DNA of 64,000 bases from IMG/VR virus record IMGVR_UViG_3300031669_000014, positions 16,565-80,564 of that record; one strand, written 5' to 3'. The notes beneath the pieces are model-generated. The model had not been told where the DNA came from. It was given only the letters and a program-made list of their open reading frames with translations, and ran no database searches. The position numbers were made by a program, and so were the translations under genes. Shown in pieces: positions 57,359 to 64,000 of the stretch; the stretch's first letter is position 1, and every line of letters begins with the position of its first letter. Origin of the DNA: a virus.

Positions 57359-58204
57359 CTAAGCTCTAACCGCTTTCATCTTTAAATTTACCGTCGCTGG
57401 CCTGGCCCAAAAACGTTGAAACCTTGCCCACTCTGTATTTCTCTGGCCCTTCTTATCCCGGTACAACATAGCCATGGGCAGGAATCCGGCCTTGATAGTG
57501 TCGTTCAGTCGTTTCTCGGCCTTGTCAAAGGTGTCACCAGGATAACCAATAAGCACATATGCTCTCAACACGTGGGAGGCGGTTGTAAATCCGGCTTTTA
57601 ATAGCTTTTTACCAGCCCCTACAAGTGGTTCGTATTTAATAGGGTTATCGTAAGCGAAGAATATTTCCTTCGGCCTCAAGCCCCGCAAAAGCTCGATATG
57701 CCAATCTTTAAGTCTTTTGGCTTCAAGGCCCCCGGTAAACATTGGCCTGCCATACTTCTGGCGCTTAAACATAGCGAATACCTTTTTAATATGATCGTCA
57801 GAACAGGCCAGTAAATTGTCGTCGAGAACATTGTTACCCTCTTTAATCTCTAGTTCCCGGATTACTCCACCTTCGCGGATGGGCACTTGACAGAAAAATA
57901 CACCATTCACTTGACACTTATTTGGGCATCCCCTGGAAGTGATCACATAGCCTTTTTTGATGTATCTCCCCGGTATAAACTCACCGCCTGGCTCATCCAG
58001 GGCCGGGCCGCCGATCTTAACCGGTGCTATGTGCCGCCATTGTTCAGCTAGTTGATGAGCCTTGTCTAGGTCGTAGGTAAACGCCACGGAAATGTGAACC
58101 TCGTCTATGGGCGGTAGAAACATTCCAGGGGCATCAAAGAAGCATAATTCATCATTTGGCGTGGCTTTTGTTATTCTTGGAAATACCCTTGCTATTGCTA
58201 CCAT
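57359..58204 (-). CDS. Radical SAM protein
   Basis: TSRGCPNKC...FC.VP, LDDNLLA and YVLIGY. Confidence 0.75.
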   Translation of the reverse strand: MVAIARVFPRITKATPNDELCFFDAPGMFLPPIDEVHISVAFTYDLDKAHQLAEQWRHIAPVKIGGPALDEPGGEFIPGRYIKKGYVITSRGCPNKCQVNGVFFCQVPIREGGVIRELEIKEGNNVLDDNLLACSDDHIKKVFAMFKRQKYGRPMFTGGLEAKRLKDWHIELLRGLRPKEIFFAYDNPIKYEPLVGAGKKLLKAGFTTASHVLRAYVLIGYPGDTFDKAEKRLNDTIKAGFLPMAMLYRDKKGQRNTEWARFQRFWARPATVNLKMKAVRA

Positions 58205-58218
58205 TCCGCACCTCCTTG

Positions 58219-58338
58219 TCACTCTATCGCTAACCGATTAAATAACGGGGCATCGTCCTCTATCCGCCGCCGTGACATCTCCACATACTTCGGTTTTAAC
58301 TCGATCCCGATATACCGCCGCCCGTGTCTGAGTGCCAC
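58219..58338 (-). pseudogene. C-terminal remnant of an N4/N6 DNA methyltransferase
   Basis: VALRHGRRYIGIELKPKYVEMSRRRI with no start codon or catalytic motifs. Confidence 0.7.
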
Positions 58339-58369
58339 CGGCGTACGCGGCAGCGGCAGGTTGGGGTTG

Positions 58370-59170
58370 TCATGGCTTTACCGCGGGCATCTCGTTATGT
58401 TCGCGACCATCAAGGAGGCGGCCAGCGGCTTTTTTGCCGACACGATACATAGGGCATGGTTCATCCATCCCGGCCCCACTGTGGACATTCTCATATCTGG
58501 TTTTGCCGTCAAATATTGGACTATATTCACCCCACTGCTTAAAAAAGTAGGGTACTCCTGCCGCCTGACACTGATCCCGGTCTAGCCTTGCCCAATCCGG
58601 GTGCATCGGTCTTGCGCCGGGACCGCTTTCTCCGCCAGTGATTATCAGAGCCTTTCTACCCAGGGCTAAAAATTCGGATGGATACACGATTGACCCAAGC
58701 GCAGGTTCGTGGCTTACGAAATATACCGCCGCCGGTGTCTGTAAAAGTAACGGAATCCGCTTATCAGCCTGCTCCTGGTTCTCGGCGGTTACACCCAGCC
58801 AGACATTTGGATACCCATTACCCCAATCAGCAGGCAGCCTATCTGCTATGTTTAACTCTCTCTTGGTAAGTAGTTGATAAGTTAGGTGTGGAGTTTTCCT
58901 GATAATTTCCCATGCTTCGGGACGCCATTCGTCCGCATCCTCGATAAAAAAGTCACTCCAGGAACAGACAAATACATTAGCAGGATCGCTCCATTTCAGC
59001 GGCAGATTAAATGTATTTTTAGCTGATCTAATAACCGTAGCGGGATCCTGCCCATACCTTTTCTTATCGCGGTACATATAGCAGTTTTCGCAGCCACTAC
59101 TTACTTTTCTGCATCCCTGCCAAGGGTTCCATGTATGTTTTGTCCATTCGATTGCGCTATTTTCACCCAT
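58370..59170 (-). CDS. Gp37/Gp68 (DUF5131) family radical-SAM-like protein
   Basis: IEWT..TWNPW.GC.KVS.GC.NCY, LTKR, GGESG and FFKQWG. Confidence 0.92.
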   Translation of the reverse strand: MGENSAIEWTKHTWNPWQGCRKVSSGCENCYMYRDKKRYGQDPATVIRSAKNTFNLPLKWSDPANVFVCSWSDFFIEDADEWRPEAWEIIRKTPHLTYQLLTKRELNIADRLPADWGNGYPNVWLGVTAENQEQADKRIPLLLQTPAAVYFVSHEPALGSIVYPSEFLALGRKALIITGGESGPGARPMHPDWARLDRDQCQAAGVPYFFKQWGEYSPIFDGKTRYENVHSGAGMDEPCPMYRVGKKAAGRLLDGREHNEMPAVKP

Positions 59171-59286
59171 TCTTCTTCCCCTCCTTCGGCGGCGGCACAA
59201 CCCCGCCGCAGCCCTCGTACGGACATGGCATAGGCGTTTGCGTGTTGGCTGAGTAGCTCGGGCGCTTACATTTAGGGCAAATCCGT

Positions 59287-59805
59287 TTAACTGCCATTTG
59301 CGGACACCTCCATGGCGGCTCTGGCATTATCCCATACCTTCCCGGCCCAATCAGAGAACTCTTTTGAAACCTGAGTTATGTCGCGCATGGCGCACATCGA
59401 GAAACAAATCTGTACCTCATTTGAGTTGAACCATTTAAGGCAATCTTCCAGCGCCTCTTCCAACCGCTTCACCCGCTCGGCGTAGGCCCGGCCATCGGCG
59501 GAGAGGGCTTGTTTGGCCATAGCAGAAATTTCTTTCATGTCGGTGTTTAAATCTTGGTATTCTAAGGCATAGTCTTGGATCTTCTCCAACGCCTCCACCA
59601 CTTGCGCCTCCCGCCCCTTCGCGGCGGCGAGGTCTTCGCGGAGGCGGGTGTTTTCAGCCTCAAGTTCATCCCGTTGCTTCGCCACTTCCCGTAGGCCGTC
59701 CATTGTCTCTTCCCGCTGCTTTTCAGACACGTCCAGAAGATGCCTAAGCCTTATTTCGGGCATATCTAGAAGGTGTCTAACCCTTACCGTCTCACGATCG
59801 GTCAC
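59287..59805 (-). CDS. Coiled-coil hypothetical protein
   Basis: Heptad-rich ORF. Confidence 0.6.
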   Translation of the reverse strand: MTDRETVRVRHLLDMPEIRLRHLLDVSEKQREETMDGLREVAKQRDELEAENTRLREDLAAAKGREAQVVEALEKIQDYALEYQDLNTDMKEISAMAKQALSADGRAYAERVKRLEEALEDCLKWFNSNEVQICFSMCAMRDITQVSKEFSDWAGKVWDNARAAMEVSANGS

Positions 59806-59978
59806 GATATTTTCCTCCTCTCCACTATTCCCCTCGCCATCATCACCCCGACTACCGCATCAAGTTCCTGGCTAATCGCTACGACCTCGGGGGAGTGTAG
59901 GCTGTGTGTCTTGCGTAGCTCGGCAAGGCGGTCGTTATATTCGTACCATTTGCGCCATAGGTCAGCGTCGGTTGGCAT
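59802..59978 (-). CDS. Spo0E-like aspartyl-phosphate phosphatase
   Basis: L.SPEVVAISQELD signature; AAAGGAG RBS. Confidence 0.7.
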   Translation of the reverse strand: MPTDADLWRKWYEYNDRLAELRKTHSLHSPEVVAISQELDAVVGVMMARGIVERRKIS

Positions 59979-60047
59979 ATAATCACGCTCCTTTGGATTG
60001 GCGCGGGGTTGGCCGCGCCTGTTTCGCTGGCTATACAACCGTTACGC

Positions 60048-60677
60048 TTAAGCACTTTTTGCTTCCTCTTCTTTGACTTTTTTAAGTTGCTTGTACAGCA
60101 TGTCAACTTGTGGTTTAGTCCAACCGCTGATACTCTCCACCCCGGCAAACTGGTGGACCTGTTCCCGCGTGAAGCCTAGTTTCTTCGTCTCAACCCAGAA
60201 CCCGGCAAAGTTTACCTTTGTAGGCGCATCAGTTGGCTTCTGCGATACTGTCTTTGGTGGGGTTGGTGGTTTCTTGTCTGCTGTTTTTGTGGCCTGATTC
60301 CCGTCGTCGTCGTCCTCTGAGCTAATTCCCAGAATAGCAGACAGGGCATAGCGTCGTCCGTATGTAATTGCGCTACCGGCCCCCTGCGCTGTAGCTTTGT
60401 CGGCCTTGAGGATAAGGGGGCAAGTCTCTATCCATTCCCCGGATTCGTGCATTAGTAGCGTTGTAATCACTATCTTGTCACCATCACCGCTGGGAGCCTG
60501 TAATAGTGACAGCCCATGTTTGGATAGAAGTGGACGGACATCGTTTAAGATTTCGGGTAATGGTGCATACTTGCTCTTGAAAAACGGGTTATTTGCTGTA
60601 TTTGCGGGATTTTTTACTTCTGATTGAAAGCCGACAAGTGCCTTGGCAAGATTTTGGATACTTTCGGATTTATTCAC
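60048..60677 (-). CDS. ERF-family single-strand annealing protein
   Basis: NPFFKSKYA, LMHESGEW, GSAITYGRRY and DDDG. Confidence 0.92.
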   Translation of the reverse strand: MNKSESIQNLAKALVGFQSEVKNPANTANNPFFKSKYAPLPEILNDVRPLLSKHGLSLLQAPSGDGDKIVITTLLMHESGEWIETCPLILKADKATAQGAGSAITYGRRYALSAILGISSEDDDDGNQATKTADKKPPTPPKTVSQKPTDAPTKVNFAGFWVETKKLGFTREQVHQFAGVESISGWTKPQVDMLYKQLKKVKEEEAKSA

Positions 60678-61533
60678 ACTGACAAGCCTCCTTCACCCGG
60701 CAGTATCGTTCGCATTTACGCCCTTCCCAAGACTCGCGAGCATCGCACGGACTTGGTATGTTGCCGTTTTCTAAAGCCCCAATTAAACTACCGCGTTTTG
60801 CTTTTAGGTAGGTTATAATAAATCCGTCTTCTAGTCTCTTTATCGATATCAACACCCCGTTCTGCTCAATCCCCCGGTTCCGCGCCATATATGTGTTACC
60901 ATCCCGCGCCAAGACTTCGATAACCATTTGTTGCACCGGGAACCCTGCGGCCTCCAACTTCATTCGGTAGTCATTTAATTGGATTTCCTCGTTAAACAGA
61001 TCCGGTTCGCCGCCTCCAGTCCACTCTTTGCGTGTTTTCGGTTGTCCCTTCTTAGCCCCAGTCTTGTAAACTTCCCCGGTATCGACCTCAATCTGCCGCA
61101 GTCCAAGCGCCTTCATAATCTTGTAACTGCCCCATGTCTTGGTGTCGTAAAGCGTCTGCGTGTCGGGGTCGTAGAAATCAAACTGGCCGCTGCATATTTC
61201 ATCTGTGAGGCGCTCCTCGCCTAAAGCGTTGTCGTGATATTGCTCAAGGATTGCATGTACTTTCGTGCCGTGGACGCGGAATAATTCGTCTTGGGGGTTT
61301 ATGGTGTAATCTGTGGTAATCTCCAGGTAAACCTCTCGTGTACCTTTAAGGAGTTGTGTCGTGGAAGGTATACCACCCCATTCACGCTGCTCTGCGATAA
61401 GCCGGAGCGTACGGAGTGAGAGACATCTACCGGCTGATAATTGGTCTGATATACGGCAAGTAGTAAGGCAGTCGCTTATTTCAATTTGCCCTCCATCGGG
61501 GCAGATAAACCATTTAGCTGGCATCATTATCAC
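60670..61533 (-). CDS. PD-(D/E)XK Cas4-like exonuclease
   Basis: GTKVH..LE, GQFD, YDTKT, QLNDY and C-terminal C..YC.....C. Confidence 0.7.
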   Translation of the reverse strand: MIMMPAKWFICPDGGQIEISDCLTTCRISDQLSAGRCLSLRTLRLIAEQREWGGIPSTTQLLKGTREVYLEITTDYTINPQDELFRVHGTKVHAILEQYHDNALGEERLTDEICSGQFDFYDPDTQTLYDTKTWGSYKIMKALGLRQIEVDTGEVYKTGAKKGQPKTRKEWTGGGEPDLFNEEIQLNDYRMKLEAAGFPVQQMVIEVLARDGNTYMARNRGIEQNGVLISIKRLEDGFIITYLKAKRGSLIGALENGNIPSPCDARESWEGRKCERYCRVKEACQCE

Positions 61534-61947
61534 GCTCCCGCTAAAATTTCGCTTTCCACTGACTTTTCAAATAATCCAAGTATTCATCATATTTGACATC
61601 ATCCCAAAAGAATGTACTGCATACCTGTTCATCTTCAACGCCGTCAAACTCTTTGTTTTTTATGTCAATAACCTTCGCTATGCAAATGTCCTCTGCGGGA
61701 CCCTTGTGCCACCTACAAGGTCTTGCTGTGCATCTTACGAGTGACATCGGTATCGCCTCACATTCTCAAATTCTCCCGCTTCACCGGCACAACCTGGCCG
61801 TCCGGCATCTGCACTCTGTAAACATCGCCCCGCAACCCTCGCTCCGGGCCACTGATGACTACCAGCGCCACCCCGGGCAGGAGTTTGTGTTCTGCGATTG
61901 TGCCCGGGGTTAGGCGGGTGGCTTGCGGGTGCTGTAGGGTTGGGTAG

Positions 61948-62184
61948 CTATACATTACCGATCTGTTTGTTGATGCGGTTGACGAGGGCGGCGAAGTCGT
62001 CGAAGTCAGACTTGCTAAAACTGGCAGTCTGAACACTAGATTGCCATTTTAGTCGAACGGGACGTACATGCTCATTGCAAATATCAACTGTTACTACTGC
62101 TCCACCGTCAACCTGAAATTCCGCCTTTTCAATCGGCCTATCCTTCGGTTCCATGTAGATACACTTTATTTCCACGTTTATCAT
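61948..62184 (-). CDS. Hypothetical protein
   Basis: Homolog of 20580-20792. Confidence 0.55.
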   Translation of the reverse strand: MINVEIKCIYMEPKDRPIEKAEFQVDGGAVVTVDICNEHVRPVRLKWQSSVQTASFSKSDFDDFAALVNRINKQIGNV

Positions 62185-62454
62185 CCTTTCTTAGCCCCAG
62201 CCGTGCCGGGGATTGTTTTAAAAATATCCGGTTGCCCGGGTATTGGGAGAGGAGTTAACTAATCCGTTACAATTAAAATACTTGCTGGTCCAGTTTCTTC
62301 AATATCTACCGGTCCATCGTCGCCGTCTGCGTTTACATGCACCGAGTATCCCGCATAGGGATAAATAATTACCTCTTGGACGCCTTCCCTGGTTCTTAAC
62401 TCGTTAAATAAATCTGCGGTTCTAACGACTTTTAAATCCATGATTATCCTCCTT

Positions 62455-62658
62455 TTATTCCCACTCCGGACGCACCGTAATGGATCCGGTAAGCGGGTTA
62501 ATTGTGACATTACAAAACTCCTTGATACTCACAACCGTCCTACCTCCAAGGTCAGCACTGCACTCCGGGCAATATCCAATGGCAAACGTGTAGTGACATA
62601 CGCCGCACACGGGGCAGGTTACTTTCTGGCGCGTGATGTGGTCGGGCATGGGTTTCAC
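62455..62658 (-). CDS. Small Zn-ribbon protein
   Basis: Homolog of 20806-21006. Confidence 0.6.
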   Translation of the reverse strand: MKPMPDHITRQKVTCPVCGVCHYTFAIGYCPECSADLGGRTVVSIKEFCNVTINPLTGSITVRPEWE

Positions 62659-62964
62659 CTAACTTTCCGGTATTTCCTCGCGGACGATTTCGCGGATAAT
62701 CTCTTCTAGCTTTTCAGCTAATGTTTGTTGCGCGTTATCTCTATCCAGTCGTTTGGCGGCATCAGTCATGACAGATCCGGGGAGAACCTCGGCGCAACAT
62801 TCTCGGCACCAGTTTTTATTTATCCCCATGCCGTCAATATTAACGAGAATATTAAAGCTGGTTGATAACCCCTCCCTGGAAACCATTATGGTTTGACCGC
62901 ATGAATCATATCGCTTATATTCAACCTGCTTTCCGCATCTATCGCAGAACTGTTTAAGTGCCAT
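62659..62964 (-). CDS. Zn-finger hypothetical protein
   Basis: CDRCG...CREC. Confidence 0.6.
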   Translation of the reverse strand: MALKQFCDRCGKQVEYKRYDSCGQTIMVSREGLSTSFNILVNIDGMGINKNWCRECCAEVLPGSVMTDAAKRLDRDNAQQTLAEKLEEIIREIVREEIPES

Positions 62965-63074
62965 TGCTATTTTCGCCCCTTTCGTGGTAAGATTTCAGTA
63001 GGATATTTTACATGTCGCCCTCGAGGGCGATTTTCTTTTTCTGTGAACAACTCGATCTACATAGCAGTCATAGC

Positions 63075-63329
63075 TCACTCGGCGGTCCTCCCTTCGGCGC
63101 TGGCGATGGCCTCCCGCATCTTGAAATATGGATCCGTGAAGGTTGAATCGGGTAAACCCCCGGCTAGTTTTTCCAGCGCATCCATCATCTCTTTCAGTGC
63201 CTCGTACAGCGCAAGAAACCTTTCCCGCTTTTCTCTGGCGCTAATTCTGTTGAACTCGCGAACTATGGGGGCTTGTTCGCCATATTGAAACTCAATGCGT
63301 TTGCCCGGCACTACATCCCCCGCCCCCAC
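63075..63329 (-). CDS. Hypothetical protein
   Basis: Homolog of 22074-22316. Confidence 0.55.
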   Translation of the reverse strand: MGAGDVVPGKRIEFQYGEQAPIVREFNRISAREKRERFLALYEALKEMMDALEKLAGGLPDSTFTDPYFKMREAIASAEGRTAE

Positions 63330-63444
63330 GCCAGCAGCATCACCGCCAGCACTCCGACCACAAACACCATTTGTGCCACGTCCCAGAGTGTCAACCGTTC
63401 CCTTTCCGGCTCCATCGCCTCGCGGATTGCTTCGCTGTTGAGTT

Positions 63445-63699
63445 TCATGGGGTTATACCTCCTTCGACAATTTTTTTCTCTATATCGGAAAATAAACCTG
63501 GGACACCGCAAGCCTGGACGATATCCCCTAACACTACCAATGTCGGATAAGTCCTGCCTGACTCAATATCTCCAATGTAACTCTGGGATTTATTTATGTC
63601 ATCAGCAAGCATCTTCTGCGTGTATCGTCTACCTATCGCCTTAGACTTCATCTCCCGGGCCTCCTTTATTAATTTGGCCAATTCTTCTTTGGAAATCAA
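63445..63699 (-). CDS. XRE HTH regulator
   Basis: TQKMLADDINKSQSYIGDIESGR. Confidence 0.85.
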   Translation of the reverse strand: MISKEELAKLIKEAREMKSKAIGRRYTQKMLADDINKSQSYIGDIESGRTYPTLVVLGDIVQACGVPGLFSDIEKKIVEGGITP

Positions 63700-63873
63700 T
63701 TTAAAATCTCCTTTCTCCGGCCTCGCCGGTTACCATAACTTAAACAACCCGTTGAACGCCCACAGCATGCCTGTGATGGCCACTACTGCCACCAGGACGT
63801 TGAACCCCTTGTCAACCACGTAGCCGATGAGGCAGTACCTAACAAGGTTTTTCATGAGTTTTCCACCTCCTTA

Positions 63874-64000
63874 GTAAACCTAACCATTTTTAGACATCTT
63901 TTTATTAACTGTGATATTTCTTCCGATATTTTCTCCGGTTCGCCAGTTGGTTCTTCTTCAACATCCTTGTATTTGTAAACAATGCCGCAATTTAAACAAG
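63874..64000. repeat. Exact repeat of 23462-23588
   Basis: 127 bp identical up to the window edge. Confidence 0.9.

Larger units (their letters stand above)
23462..63873 (-). mobile_element. Phage B: one 40,412-bp genome unit, podovirus-like, no visible integrase (candidate phage-plasmid)
   Basis: Full module set; 23462-23588 identical to 63874-64000. Confidence 0.85.

Noticed and set aside
60670-61533. Cas4 as evidence of a CRISPR-Cas system
   Set aside because: A solo Cas4-like nuclease beside ERF is a normal phage recombination module; no cas1/cas2 or array
1-64000. CRISPR array, rRNA, canonical tRNA, reverse transcriptase/DGR, integrase or transposase
   Set aside because: No repeat-spacer periodicity, cloverleaf with T-loop consensus, RT motif or recombinase catalytic motif found by eye; a highly divergent one could have been missed

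Overview
The window is entirely phage DNA, probably from a spore-forming Bacillota/Clostridia host (inferred from sigmaA-type promoters, strong SD sequences and Spo0E-like genes). It holds two related temperate phage genomes head-to-tail, almost all on the minus strand. Phage A (about 1-23461, partial) has early and replication genes, terS, a PBSX-type terL, a portal and three glycosyltransferases. Phage B (about 23462-63873) is one 40,412-bp unit: 23462-23588 recurs identically at 63874-64000. It has a cro/cI switch, lysis genes, a podovirus-like virion module, a GpA-like terL and an early region mosaic with A. I see no integrase in unit B. Where an integrase would normally sit there is a sense/antisense sigmaA promoter pair, an ~80-nt countertranscript, a terminator/antiterminator switch, ~390 nt of structured non-coding sequence and an HTH-coiled-coil gene. 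Both phages also carry a near-identical 28-bp dif-like (Xer) site between terS and terL. Together these suggest an RNA-controlled, possibly RNA-primed phage-plasmid maintenance system (inference). Phage A also has a circularly permuted C5 DNA methyltransferase with two HNH endonuclease genes and a beta-subunit-like ORF nested in its other reading frames. Phage B has a TGT/DpdA-like plus radical-SAM cluster, a promoter-driven CCA-ending mini RNA and a candidate -1 frameshift. All protein calls come from motif recognition; no database search was run.
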